Assembly (NCBI GenBank): GCA_049967855.1
Contig: JBMFRX010000003.1
Location: forward strand, 1 to 64,000
Reading direction: 5' to 3'
Source of the DNA: Caldisericaceae bacterium
GTDB lineage: Bacteria > Caldisericota > Caldisericia > Caldisericales > Caldisericaceae
Length of the DNA stretch: 64,000 nucleotides
Shown: in pieces, positions 1 to 9,670 of the stretch
Layout: each line of letters begins with the position of its first letter
How positions within the stretch are numbered: position 1 is the first letter of the stretch
Notes under the pieces: generated by a model
Seen by the model: only the letters and a program-made list of their open reading frames with translations
Databases searched by the model: none
Told to the model about the DNA's origin: nothing
Position numbers and translations under genes: made by a program

Positions 1-1
1 C

Positions 2-154
2 GAATACCTAAGAGACCACGATATAATAAAAATCTTCTGGGAGTTGTTCGCTACGCTCCCTTATGACACTCTGAAAATAAAGCACAGACGATTCCTGGTT
101 TACCTCATGGACGAAGAGGCTGGGACTCACACAGAACCGCATGAAGAAGAATGA
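2..154 (+). CDS. 3' end of an unidentified CDS entering from the left edge
   Basis: Frame +2 is open from the window edge: EYLRDHDIIKIFWELFATLPYDTLKIKHRRFLVYLMDEEAGTHTEPHEEE, TGA at 152-154. No family recognised. Confidence 0.5.
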   Translation, partial: EYLRDHDIIKIFWELFATLPYDTLKIKHRRFLVYLMDEEAGTHTEPHEEE

Positions 155-159
155 GAATA

Positions 160-190
160 GTTTTTCAGCTTGCCTATGAGGGATTGAAAC
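160..190 (+). repeat. Solitary CRISPR-like direct repeat
   Basis: GTTTTTCAGCTTGCCTATGAGGGATTGAAAC resembles the ~30 nt GTTT..AGCnTnCCTATGAGGGATTGAAAC repeats of type I-B/III systems. Only one copy was seen, so it is not called an array. Confidence 0.6.
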
Positions 191-334
191 GGAAGATATT
201 GGTGCTTTACGCAACACCTGGGAAAATAGGAATTACCGACCTTACTCATCGAGGTAACCGTTGCTTATGAAAGAGGTTTGTATACAACGAGAAGACTTTT
301 CTCTGGCATAGTTAAGGCAAGTTTTGTAAATTTC

Positions 335-409
335 TGGTGGAGATGAGGGGATTTGAACCCCTGGCCTCATGGATGCAAACCACGCGCTCTCCCGCTGAGC
401 TACATCCCC
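335..409 (-). tRNA. tRNA-Ala(TGC)
   Basis: Reverse complement GGGGATGTAGCTCAGCGGGAGAGCGCGTGGTTTGCATCCATGAGGCCAGGGGTTCAAATCCCCTCATCTCCACCA; cloverleaf, TGC anticodon, encoded CCA. Confidence 0.97.
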
Positions 410-415
410 ACAAGA

Positions 416-492
416 TGGTGGGCCTCTCTGGACTCGAACCAGAGACCTCGTCCTTATCAGGGACGCGCTCTAACCAACTGAGCTAGAAGCCC
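416..492 (-). tRNA. tRNA-Ile(GAT)
   Basis: Reverse complement GGGCTTCTAGCTCAGTTGGTTAGAGCGCGTCCCTGATAAGGGACGAGGTCTCTGGTTCGAGTCCAGAGAGGCCCACCA; GAT anticodon, encoded CCA. Confidence 0.97.
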
Positions 493-503
493 TTGCACGC
501 TAT

Positions 504-531
504 ATTCTATGAAAACTTCGTTTTTTGTCAA
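504..531 (-). promoter_or_regulatory. sigma70-type promoter for tRNA-Ile/tRNA-Ala
   Basis: TTGACA-16 nt-TAGAAT on the minus strand, ending 11 nt upstream of tRNA-Ile. Confidence 0.75.
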
Positions 532-576
532 GAGGAGGAGCTCAAGCTTCTCACAAGCTAAACCGTGCTAAACACC

Positions 577-2394
577 CTAAATATGCCCACTATTGACTTT
601 GGCATCAAACGCAGGACAGCCCAATTGAACGTTAATGCCACAGCCAGTGCATTCATTGACTCTGCAATCTTCTGTAATGCGTCCTTCGACGGCTTTTTTG
701 TACTCAAGTTTAAGATATGACGGCGATACGCCTGTAGAAATATGCCCCCAGGGAAGCTTCGAGTCAAACGGAATCCTATCGGCGTAAGCTCTGAAATCTA
801 TCTTGGCCTCTTCGAAAGCCTCTAACCAATGCTCAAATGAAAAATGCTCTCTCCATCCGTCCATTTTGCAGCCCTTTTTCCAGGCAATTTCAATTGCTTT
901 TGACAGTTTTCTGTCGCCTCGCCCCAGAATTGTTTCAATGAAGTTCATCCTGAAATCACCAAAATCAACTTTGTACTGCTTGCCATGAAGCTCGCTTCTT
1001 ATGATATCTCTTTTCCTATTCAGCTCGTCAATTCCTGCGTATGCTTCCCACTGAAAAGGCGTATGCGGCTGCGGCATAAAAGGATTCACACTCAAGTGCA
1101 CTGAGATGGGTTTTGAAGTGTTCTTATTCTTCACTGCAAGAGAATAAACTTCTTTTACAAGCGTGGGTATTGATTTGACATCGTCATCTGTTTCTGTTGG
1201 CAGGCCGATGATAAAGTAAAATTTCAAAGTGTGAAATCCAAGACTTGCAGCAATTTTCGCAGCCTCAAAAACATCGTTGTTGCTTATCGTTTTGTTGATA
1301 ACTGCCCTGAGCCTTTCGCTGCCAGCCTCAATAGCAAAAGTTACACTGTGAACTCTCTCTTCTGTTTCAAGCCTTAAAATGTCTGTTGGAACTTTGTCAA
1401 TTCTCAATGAAGGAAGAGCAATAGCAACTTTGTATTTCTCCATCAGCTCATAGGCAAGATTCCCTAAGGCGTCAATTTGAGAATAATCGCTCGAGCTCAG
1501 AGAAAGCAAAGTAATTTCTTCGTATCCTGTATTTTTAATGATTTCCTCAGCTTCTCTTCTGAGAGTTGGTATTGATTTTTCACGCACAGGCCGATATATC
1601 ATTCCAGCCTGGCAGAAACGGCATCCTCTTGTGCAGCCTCTGAACAGCTCTATATAGGCTTTGTCACTTACGACTTTTCCAAACGGAACAACTGGCTTCA
1701 ATGGAAAGTAAGAAGTATTAAGGTCGCTCACCACATCTTTGAGGACTACCTTGTCAGATTTTGCATATTGAAACCCGCAAGTTTTGTCTGTTTCAATGTC
1801 AAAAAGCGACGGAACATAAATTCCCCTTAAGGAAGAGACTTCTCGAAGGAAACTCTCCTTATCTTTCCTATCCCAGTTTCTAAATCTCTCAATTATCTCA
1901 GGAAGAACATTTTCTCCTTCGCCTACCGAGAAGAAATCAAAAAAATCTGCAATTGGCTCGGGGTTGTAAGCAACACTTCCTCCTAAGAACACGATAGGAT
2001 ATCTCCTTGACTTTGAATGAATATCAATGTGTGACAAATCAAGTAAGTTGAGAATATTTGTATAATCAAGAACAGTCTGGGCACTGAAAGCAACCAAGTC
2101 AAATTCGTTTACAGGCGTATGCGACTCGAGCGTGAAAAGAGGCAAACCAGTTGCACGAAGATGTTCTTCAAAATCGCCAAGGGGAGAAAAAGCTCTCTCG
2201 CAAACAACTTCAGGAATATCATTGAGAAGGTGATAAAGTATCTTAAAACCAAGCGATGACATTCCGATGTCGTACAAGTCTGGATAGACGAATGCAACTT
2301 TTATTTTGCCAAAATGGGATTTGTGAACGCTATTGAGCTCGTTTCCAAAGAGCGCATAAGGCTTCTGGAATTTGAAAAGGTCAAAATCCCTCAT
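577..2394 (-). CDS. B12-binding-domain radical SAM protein (TIGR03960-like)
   Basis: YPDLYDIGMSSLG N-terminus, RGCTRGCRFCQAG CxxxCxxC motif, C-terminal DCRxxxCxGCG; usual position after rodA. Confidence 0.88.
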   Translation of the reverse strand: MRDFDLFKFQKPYALFGNELNSVHKSHFGKIKVAFVYPDLYDIGMSSLGFKILYHLLNDIPEVVCERAFSPLGDFEEHLRATGLPLFTLESHTPVNEFDLVAFSAQTVLDYTNILNLLDLSHIDIHSKSRRYPIVFLGGSVAYNPEPIADFFDFFSVGEGENVLPEIIERFRNWDRKDKESFLREVSSLRGIYVPSLFDIETDKTCGFQYAKSDKVVLKDVVSDLNTSYFPLKPVVPFGKVVSDKAYIELFRGCTRGCRFCQAGMIYRPVREKSIPTLRREAEEIIKNTGYEEITLLSLSSSDYSQIDALGNLAYELMEKYKVAIALPSLRIDKVPTDILRLETEERVHSVTFAIEAGSERLRAVINKTISNNDVFEAAKIAASLGFHTLKFYFIIGLPTETDDDVKSIPTLVKEVYSLAVKNKNTSKPISVHLSVNPFMPQPHTPFQWEAYAGIDELNRKRDIIRSELHGKQYKVDFGDFRMNFIETILGRGDRKLSKAIEIAWKKGCKMDGWREHFSFEHWLEAFEEAKIDFRAYADRIPFDSKLPWGHISTGVSPSYLKLEYKKAVEGRITEDCRVNECTGCGINVQLGCPAFDAKVNSGHI

Positions 2395-3458
2395 AAGCCA
2401 ATATTTATCTCGTCTTTATAGATATAAACATTCAGGGCAAGCCCCAGCGCAATGTAATTGACAATTTCGGCACTGCCGCCATAACTTACAAAGGGAAGCG
2501 GAATCCCAGTGACGGGCATAATGCCCACCGCCATACCAATGTTAACCAGAATCTGAAAAATAAACATTGAGAAAACTCCAAGGGCGATGCCTTTTCCAAA
2601 CTTGTTATCAGTTGAGGAGTATGCTCGAATAATAAAAAGAAGGATAAGCCCCATCAAAAGAATAAGGATTGCAGAACCGACAAATCCATAGATTTCGCCG
2701 ATTGCAGAGAAAATAAAATCTGAGTACTGGACAGGCACAAACTTGAGTTTGGTCATCGTGCTGCCACTGATTCCCTTGCCGAATAGCCCTCCTGAACCAA
2801 CTGCAATTACTGACTGAATAACATTGTATCCGCTTCCAAGAGGGTCTCTCTGGGGATTGAGAAAAACCAAAAACCTTTCAATCTGATACGGTTTAAGCAA
2901 CTTGACACCAAACGGCAAGGCAACTCCAATTGCTGCAACCACTGAAGCAAAATACTTGAAAGGCAGAGAAAATAGAACCATCATAAGAAAAATAAAACCA
3001 ATTACAAGCGAGGAACCCATATCAGGCTGCATAAAAATAAAAAGGTCGACTCCGAAAGTTAGCAGTGCAACAATCAAAAACTTGTTGAAATTGTTTAGCC
3101 TGTCAAGTTGCAGAACAGTTGCTGCAACAAGTATAACAGCAATTTTGGCAAGCTCAGAGGGTTGAAAAGTGAACAGGCCTCCAAAGTCTATCCAGCGTTT
3201 GGAGCTGAATTTCGCCACACCCAGAGCAAACACAACAAGAAGCAAAAACAAAGCAACCCCATAGAAAAAATAGGAAAATGTTTTAAGTATGCGAAAGTCA
3301 AAGAACATCATAAAGTACATCAGAACAAATCCAGCAAGCGAGTACAAAAGCTGCCTTGACGATAAGGAAAAGTTGCCGTTAAGCACGTAAAGCGCAGTAA
3401 CGGAATAAGCAGTAAGCAAAATCAAAATAAGTATCAAAGAGAACGGGACTTTTTTCAC
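2391..3458 (-). CDS. rodA: Rod shape-determining SEDS protein RodA
   Basis: RWI..G..FQPSELAK, QPDMG, DPLGSGYNVIQS, TGIPLPFVSYGGS motifs; in the mre/min cluster. Confidence 0.93.
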   Translation of the reverse strand: MKKVPFSLILILILLTAYSVTALYVLNGNFSLSSRQLLYSLAGFVLMYFMMFFDFRILKTFSYFFYGVALFLLLVVFALGVAKFSSKRWIDFGGLFTFQPSELAKIAVILVAATVLQLDRLNNFNKFLIVALLTFGVDLFIFMQPDMGSSLVIGFIFLMMVLFSLPFKYFASVVAAIGVALPFGVKLLKPYQIERFLVFLNPQRDPLGSGYNVIQSVIAVGSGGLFGKGISGSTMTKLKFVPVQYSDFIFSAIGEIYGFVGSAILILLMGLILLFIIRAYSSTDNKFGKGIALGVFSMFIFQILVNIGMAVGIMPVTGIPLPFVSYGGSAEIVNYIALGLALNVYIYKDEINIGL

Positions 3459-3694
3459 GAAACTTTTCTCACAGATATAACAGGCACAACCGCTTCAAGA
3501 ATTGTTTTCTTATTTTCCCTGTCAATGGAAAGGTTTATTTCACTTTTGTTGATTTCAAAATACTTGCTCAAAATATCAATAATATCCTCCTTCATCTGCT
3601 CAAACTGCTTCGGAGACAAAAGAGAACGGTCCTGCACGAGTATAAGCTTCAACCTTTCCTCGGCTATTGTACTGGCGTTTCTTTTCCCAAACAC
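3455..3694 (-). CDS. minE: Cell division topological specificity factor MinE
   Basis: A..ERLKLILVQDR motif; follows minD. Confidence 0.93.
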   Translation of the reverse strand: MFGKRNASTIAEERLKLILVQDRSLLSPKQFEQMKEDIIDILSKYFEINKSEINLSIDRENKKTILEAVVPVISVRKVS

Positions 3695-3695
3695 T

Positions 3696-4484
3696 TTACT
3701 TATCCCTCCTCAAGAATCCAAACAAACCTGATTTTTTTGAAAAATCATCGAAAGGCACGCTTTCCCCTTCAATCCTCTTTGCCACATTTGCAAAAGCCTT
3801 CGCAGCAGGTGAGCCAGCGGCGTTATTTACAAGTATCTCTCCCCTGTTTGTGGAATCTATGATTGCTTTGTCTTCAGGAACAATGCCAATTAAATCAACG
3901 CCCAGGATTTCAACGATGCTTTCGTAATCAAGCATTTTCTTCTTGCCCACGAGAGCCAAATCGTATCTGTTTACAATTAATGAAACCGTATCGAGCCCTT
4001 TTGAATCAAGCAGCCCAATTACTCTGTCTGCATCACGCACCGAAGAAACATCTGGAGTAACAACAATCAACGCTTCCTTAGACGGAGCAGCAGCAGATTC
4101 AAAGCCCCTCTCGATGCCAGCGGGCGAATCAAGTAAAACGTAATCAACGCTTGCTTCAATTGTTGATACTATGTCCACAATTTTGTCTATGTCAATGTCA
4201 TCTTTTGTATGCACCTGCGAGGCAGGCAGGAGAAAAAGGTTGTTGAGATGCTTGTCACGAACGAGCGCTTGATTGATTTTGCATTTTCCTTCAGAGATAT
4301 CCATAATGTTATACACAACACGATTTTCAAGCCCCATAACAACATCAAGGTTTCTCAAGCCGATATCCATATCCAGGACAACGACACTTTTTCCGAGTTT
4401 AGCAAGAGATGCGCCAACATTTGCTGTAACAGTTGTTTTCCCGACGCCGCCTTTACCAGCTGTAACAACAATTGTCCGTCCCAT
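3696..4484 (-). CDS. minD: Septum site-determining ATPase MinD
   Basis: GKGGVGKTT, DIGLRNLD, DSPAGIE, SSVRDADR and a C-terminal amphipathic GLFGFLRR. Confidence 0.97.
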   Translation of the reverse strand: MGRTIVVTAGKGGVGKTTVTANVGASLAKLGKSVVVLDMDIGLRNLDVVMGLENRVVYNIMDISEGKCKINQALVRDKHLNNLFLLPASQVHTKDDIDIDKIVDIVSTIEASVDYVLLDSPAGIERGFESAAAPSKEALIVVTPDVSSVRDADRVIGLLDSKGLDTVSLIVNRYDLALVGKKKMLDYESIVEILGVDLIGIVPEDKAIIDSTNRGEILVNNAAGSPAAKAFANVAKRIEGESVPFDDFSKKSGLFGFLRRDK

Positions 4485-5107
4485 TATTTCTTACCTCTCA
4501 ACGATTTCACTTCTCCAATCATCTTGAAAACAATTTCTCCATCTTCAATCTCGGCAACACGCGGCTTCCTGTAGGATTTATCAGTAATAATGCCATCGAA
4601 AAGTTTCTTGCCAATTGTCATCCTCAGAGGCTGGAAACCAAGGGAAACAACTTTGTCTCCAGCAGAGACAATGCCTCTCACAATTCCAAAAACATACACC
4701 CCGCCCTGAGCTTCAATCTCTGCCCCTTCATTCACGTCGCCCAAAATAACAACGTCTCCGTCGAACTTAACTACCTGTCCTGAGCGCAAAGTGTTTGGGA
4801 TAACAAGCGCAACTTTTTCATTGAGGTTTTTAGAGATTTCCTCTTTTGCATAAACGTGTTCTTCACCTCTGAGTTTGAAACCGATGCCATACCTTTTGAA
4901 CACTTCCTCAAGAGCACTTATGCCATCACTTTCAAGATTTTTCCCATTTTTGTCAACAAGAAGTGATGCTCCTGAAAAGAAAATCTTCTGCTCTTTGAGA
5001 GTATTATCAAGGTATTCTAATATCTGCTGCAAATCTGAATCAGGATTCAAATAAAGGACAATGCCTTCTTTAGATCCTTTAAAAACTGCTGGCTTCTCAA
5101 TCTCCAT
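4484..5107 (-). CDS. minC: Septum site-determining protein MinC
   Basis: TLRSGQ..GDVVILGDVNEGAEI.A.G.VYVFG..RG...AG beta-helix. Confidence 0.93.
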   Translation of the reverse strand: MEIEKPAVFKGSKEGIVLYLNPDSDLQQILEYLDNTLKEQKIFFSGASLLVDKNGKNLESDGISALEEVFKRYGIGFKLRGEEHVYAKEEISKNLNEKVALVIPNTLRSGQVVKFDGDVVILGDVNEGAEIEAQGGVYVFGIVRGIVSAGDKVVSLGFQPLRMTIGKKLFDGIITDKSYRKPRVAEIEDGEIVFKMIGEVKSLRGKK

Positions 5108-5130
5108 AACATCCTCCTACTTATTTTTAC

Positions 5131-6855
5131 TCAAAAAAAGTTTTTAAGCAAGTCCCTCATCAGAGGCGCAAGTGCGTGACTCGACGAGAATGTTGAATTT
5201 TCAAAGAAAAGCAAGCCCACAACTCTCGGGTTGTTTTCCTCGCCAAAAGAAATGAGCCAGTGATGAACCTCGTTATTTCCAATCTCAGCAGTACCAGTTT
5301 TTGAAAATATCTGCGCATTGTTCACCCTTACAATCCTTATATCAGGTTTGTTCGTCAACCCTTCAAGCCCATCATAAACAGTTTTCCACGTTTGCTCGCT
5401 TTCATTATACTGTAATCTAACTTTTTTTTCATATTCCATTTCTATCTTTCCGTCAGGCGAAATAACTCTGAGCAAAAAATGAGGCACATACTCGGTCCCC
5501 TTGTTTGCAATGCTTGAATAGAAAACAGCCATTGAAAGAGGGCTAACCAGAAGATAGCCCTGCCCAATTGAAAGATTGGCAGTATCTCCAACATACCACT
5601 GCTCGCCAATTGCCGACTCTTTCCATTGCGGATCGGGTATGAGCCCTGCAGATTCAAAAGGTAAATCGACTCCTGTTGCCTGGTCAAGTTTTACCATCTT
5701 GGCAAATTTTGATATCTCATCTACTCCTGTCTTTATGCCAATTGTATAGAAAAAAACATCGCTTGAATTTGCAAGAGCCTGGCTCGCTGTTTGAGGACCA
5801 AAAGCCTGCGGGTAAATCCAATCTCTGAAAAGCCTTCCACCAAGGTTTATTGAATTTGCGCAGTTTATTACAGTCGTTGGAGTTATTATTTTTGATTGCA
5901 AAGCAGCCATAAGTGTTATCGGTTTGAAAGTGGACCCAGTTGGAAATATAGCCTGTGTTGCACGATTCAAAAAGGCATTCTCGCTTTCAAGAATCTTGTA
6001 TTGTGCATCTGATATGCCATTCACAAATATATTTGGGTCAAATGAAGGATGAGAAACCATAGCAAGAATCTCTCCCGTTGTTGGGTCAAGCGCAATGGCA
6101 ACCCCCGTTTTGCTTCCAATTATGTTTTCAAGATTCTTTTGAATATTTATATCAATGGAAATCTGAATGTCTGCTCCTGGAAGAGCATCTTGAGTAAAAA
6201 GAGTTTGTTTGACTCTTCCCATTGAATCAACCAGAACTTCTCTTTTCCCTTTCTGCCCACGAAGGTAATTTTCATATTGCAGTTCAAGCCCTTGCTTCCC
6301 TATGAGGTCGTTGTAGCTGTAAAAAGTGTCACTCTTCAAATCGCTATCAGTGACAGGCCCAACAAAACCAAGAAAATTTGCGCCTACCTCTCCAAACGGG
6401 TAGTACCTCTTACTGCTTATTATGACTTCAAAACCAGGCAGTTCATAAGCATGCTCTTCAAGAGAGGTAATCTCGTTCTTACTCAAGTTCGCTTTCACGA
6501 GAACCTCATTGTAAGAGGGTAAATTTGCCTTCTGGATGATTTTTTCAATGTTTCCCTTTTTGAATCCTATAACAGAGCTTACCGTGTCAAATTCAGTCGC
6601 CTCACGAACGTCTTCTGGGACAACAACAAGAGAATACGAAGGAATGCTATCAGCAAGAACTACGCCGTTTCTATCAAGAATTCTTCCTCTAATTGGGGCC
6701 TCCTCGACTATCCTGAGGCTCCTATACTCTGACAGCTCCCCATAATAACTCCCCTTGATTACCTGAAGATAAAATACTCGCGAGAGAAGCACAAGCATAA
6801 GCAAGAATGTTAGAATGTACAACAAAATTGTTTTAGGCTGCGTTTCTCTTTTCAA
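5131..6855 (-). CDS. mrdA: Penicillin-binding protein 2 (class B transpeptidase)
   Basis: RGRILDRNG, RYYP, GKQGLE, STFK (SxxK), SSD (SxD), KTGT motifs. Confidence 0.92.
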   Translation of the reverse strand: MKRETQPKTILLYILTFLLMLVLLSRVFYLQVIKGSYYGELSEYRSLRIVEEAPIRGRILDRNGVVLADSIPSYSLVVVPEDVREATEFDTVSSVIGFKKGNIEKIIQKANLPSYNEVLVKANLSKNEITSLEEHAYELPGFEVIISSKRYYPFGEVGANFLGFVGPVTDSDLKSDTFYSYNDLIGKQGLELQYENYLRGQKGKREVLVDSMGRVKQTLFTQDALPGADIQISIDINIQKNLENIIGSKTGVAIALDPTTGEILAMVSHPSFDPNIFVNGISDAQYKILESENAFLNRATQAIFPTGSTFKPITLMAALQSKIITPTTVINCANSINLGGRLFRDWIYPQAFGPQTASQALANSSDVFFYTIGIKTGVDEISKFAKMVKLDQATGVDLPFESAGLIPDPQWKESAIGEQWYVGDTANLSIGQGYLLVSPLSMAVFYSSIANKGTEYVPHFLLRVISPDGKIEMEYEKKVRLQYNESEQTWKTVYDGLEGLTNKPDIRIVRVNNAQIFSKTGTAEIGNNEVHHWLISFGEENNPRVVGLLFFENSTFSSSHALAPLMRDLLKNFF

Positions 6856-7276
6856 GCGGATGTACCTCTATCTTCCTCAACGCTACGTGCCACAATACGG
6901 TTAATAGGGCAGTATAAAAGAAGCCTTCAAACAAAATCGGATTTCTTGAAAAAGCAAACATAGCCACAAAAAACAGGAAAAGCAAAAGTTCTGAAAGGAT
7001 TAACCTGTTTATTGCATAATATGATTCTATCGTCTGCACGATAACCGTAAAGAGCACAGACGGAAAAATAAATTGCCCAATGAACCTCGAAAAGAAGACG
7101 TCAAATATAAACCCTGTAACAAGGGCCAAATAGACTGATTTTACATAATCAAGGTAAGGAAGAACCTCCGCAAGAAAGCTCAAAGAAAAATAGACTGAAA
7201 TCTTGCCAGAAATCGAGCAATCCACAACCACCAGAACAAAAAATATAACCGAAAGAAAAATGTTCTTTCTATCCAT
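6833..7276 (-). CDS. mreD: Probable rod shape-determining protein MreD (divergent)
   Basis: Hydrophobic multi-TM protein with GFIFD..G motif, between mreC and mrdA. Confidence 0.65.
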   Translation of the reverse strand: MDRKNIFLSVIFFVLVVVDCSISGKISVYFSLSFLAEVLPYLDYVKSVYLALVTGFIFDVFFSRFIGQFIFPSVLFTVIVQTIESYYAINRLILSELLLFLFFVAMFAFSRNPILFEGFFYTALLTVLWHVALRKIEVHPLEKRNAA

Positions 7277-8081
7277 TTCCTGTAATGACCATCACTCTGA
7301 GAAGTGTTGAAAAGTCGACCCCAGGTTTAAGAGTTATTACTCTCTTTACGCTGTTGCTGCTGCTTACAGAATCAACCTCTCCTACAACGATACCCGATGG
7401 GTAAATGTCACCGTAGCCTGAAGTAACATAAATGTCTTTCAGGTTGACAACTGCTTGCGGATTATATGATTCAATGACAAGCTCACCCCCGTTTCCCTGG
7501 GCTATTTCAAAACCACCTCTAATGGCGTTCTTGACAGTGACATTGAAAAGAACATTGCAGGCAAGCATCACAGTAGAGCTGTGGCTGCTAACCTCCGAAA
7601 CCACACCAACGAGTTCGATTATTGAACCATCAGGGGACACGACAACAGGCATATTCTTCTTCACTCCGTCAGCCTGCCCTTTGTCTAAAGTTATCGTGTT
7701 TGAAGAAGCACTGAACCACAGCACCTGGCTCTCTGTGAATTTTAAGTGGCTTTTGCTGACAATACCCAGCTCGTTAGTGAGATTCTGGTTATCGTAATAG
7801 TAACTTTGAAGCAACTTAATACGCTCGTTTAATGTATCTATTTGGTCTTTCAGAGTGGCGTTTTCTTCTAAAAGTTGTTTGTTCTGTCGAAACATTTCAA
7901 AAAAGGAGCTTACAGAGCCTGCGAAACCTTTCATAGAGAGCATCAAATTCCCAAGAGGCTTAACCACAACATAATTATAGACTACGCCTGGAGTAATGCC
8001 AACTCCCACAATACCTGCAATGAAAATCAAAAGAGTAACAACAACTATTACTGCCAAAACCTTTGATTGCGGAGTTTTCAC
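7269..8081 (-). CDS. mreC: Rod shape-determining protein MreC
   Basis: N-terminal TM, coiled coil (EENATLK), ITLDKG..DGV, VTSG.G.IYPSGI.VG. Confidence 0.92.
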   Translation of the reverse strand: MKTPQSKVLAVIVVVTLLIFIAGIVGVGITPGVVYNYVVVKPLGNLMLSMKGFAGSVSSFFEMFRQNKQLLEENATLKDQIDTLNERIKLLQSYYYDNQNLTNELGIVSKSHLKFTESQVLWFSASSNTITLDKGQADGVKKNMPVVVSPDGSIIELVGVVSEVSSHSSTVMLACNVLFNVTVKNAIRGGFEIAQGNGGELVIESYNPQAVVNLKDIYVTSGYGDIYPSGIVVGEVDSVSSSNSVKRVITLKPGVDFSTLLRVMVITGNG

Positions 8082-8084
8082 CTT

Positions 8085-9089
8085 TTAGAATGAAATAGTC
8101 TCCCTGTAAAAGGCAAGGTCTTCGAGTGCTTTGCCTGCACCAAGTGCAACGCAAGACAGAGGGTCCTCCGCAATTGTCACAAGAATACCTGTCCGCTGTG
8201 TAATAAACTTATCAATGTTACGAAGCAGTGCTCCACCGCCAGTTAGCATTATGCCTCTATCCATAATATCTGCAGAAAGCTCTGGCGGAGTAATCTCAAG
8301 AGTAGATTTTATTGTGTCAAGAATGTCTTCAAGAACAGACTGTAGAGCTTTTCTAATTTCCTCAGAGCCAATTGAAATGGATTTGGGAAGCCCATCAACA
8401 AGATCACGGCCCCTAATCTCCATTTTTTCTTCTTTTTCAAGAGGATAGGCATTACCAATCTTTATCTTTACTTGTTCTGCGGTAGTTTCACCAATCATCA
8501 AGCTATACTGACGCCTCATATATGTTATGATTGCTTCATTCATCTCGTCTCCTGCTGTCCTTATGGATTTTACAACAACGAGCCCCTTGAGCGAAATGAC
8601 TGCAACCTCTGTTGTTCCGCCTCCGATGTCAACAATAATAGACCCGCGAGCTTCGTCAATTGGAAGACCAGCTCCCACGGCTGCGGCAACAGGTTCATCA
8701 ATAACAAGAGCCTGTTTTGCTCCAGCATGGATAGCAGCATCAACAACGGCTTTCTTCTCAACCTGAGTAATACCACAGGGAACTCCTATCAAGACAACTG
8801 GCCTGAATATGCCACGCTTTCCACCAGCTTTGCTAATAAAATAATCGAGCATTTTTTCTGTAGTATCAAAATCGGCAATTACACCGTCACGTATTGGCCT
8901 CGAAACAGTAATCTCAAAAGGTGCCCTTCCTGCCATTGTTTTTGCGTCACTACCCACTGCAACAACTCTCTTAGAGGAATCAAGAGCAATTATTGTTGGC
9001 TCTCGCAGAACAATTCCTTTACCCTTCATATAAACAACAGTGTTAGCTGTTCCTAAATCAATTGCAAGTTCCTTAGTGAAAAATCCCAT
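8085..9089 (-). CDS. mreB: Actin-like rod shape-determining protein MreB
   Basis: IDLGTANT, DIGGGTTEVAVIS, TPPELSADI, LTGGGALL. Confidence 0.98.
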   Translation of the reverse strand: MGFFTKELAIDLGTANTVVYMKGKGIVLREPTIIALDSSKRVVAVGSDAKTMAGRAPFEITVSRPIRDGVIADFDTTEKMLDYFISKAGGKRGIFRPVVLIGVPCGITQVEKKAVVDAAIHAGAKQALVIDEPVAAAVGAGLPIDEARGSIIVDIGGGTTEVAVISLKGLVVVKSIRTAGDEMNEAIITYMRRQYSLMIGETTAEQVKIKIGNAYPLEKEEKMEIRGRDLVDGLPKSISIGSEEIRKALQSVLEDILDTIKSTLEITPPELSADIMDRGIMLTGGGALLRNIDKFITQRTGILVTIAEDPLSCVALGAGKALEDLAFYRETISF

Positions 9090-9106
9090 ACTTCACCTCT
9101 CAGTTA

Positions 9107-9670
9107 TTATATTTCCAACTTTAATATTTTATCAATTAGTTGCCTAATTGCAAGTACTGGCACGCCAATGACATTATCAAGGGGCCCTTCCACTGATTCA
9201 ACAAAAGATGACGCAAGCCCCTGAATTGCGTAGCCGCCAGCTTTATCCAATCCTTCTCCAGTTGCAACGTACTGTTCGATTTCACCTTTCGATATCTGCC
9301 TGAAGCTGACTGCAGTCTTCACAGAGTCAATGAGGAAGTGCCCTCCGTAAAGCACAGCAATCCCGCTGAAAACAAAGTGCGTATGCCCTGAAAGTGCTTC
9401 AATCATTTTTACGTTCTTGCTTTCGCTCAGTGGCTTTCCAAGAATTTCGTGAGCAAAGAAGACGACTGTATCAATCCCAAGAACAACGCTGCTTTCGCAA
9501 CCAATTGCACTAAATGCTTTTAGGTATGCATTTGTCATTACTGTCCTCAGTGGGTCTCCTACAAAGGAGACTTCTTCAATCGCAGGCTTAACAGGCTTAA
9601 ACTTAAATCCCCACTCCGCAAGGTACTTCAAACGTCTCGGAGAATTTGATGCAAGTGTTATTTCCATCAA
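9107..9670 (-). CDS. maf: Maf family nucleotide pyrophosphatase
   Basis: LASNSPRR, DTVV, LGKP, DKAGGYAIQG, NVIG.P. Confidence 0.93.
   Translation of the reverse strand: MMEITLASNSPRRLKYLAEWGFKFKPVKPAIEEVSFVGDPLRTVMTNAYLKAFSAIGCESSVVLGIDTVVFFAHEILGKPLSESKNVKMIEALSGHTHFVFSGIAVLYGGHFLIDSVKTAVSFRQISKGEIEQYVATGEGLDKAGGYAIQGLASSFVESVEGPLDNVIGVPVLAIRQLIDKILKLEI

Noticed and set aside
1..260. A multi-repeat CRISPR array (ACCTAAGAG at 6-14, TTTACCTCATG near 99-109, weak match near 229-258)
   Set aside because: Similarities are short and not periodic, and the first two lie in an open reading frame; only the 160-190 unit is convincing.
1..576. rRNA operon around the tRNA-Ile/tRNA-Ala pair
   Set aside because: Neither flank resembles the 16S 3' end or the 23S 5' end.
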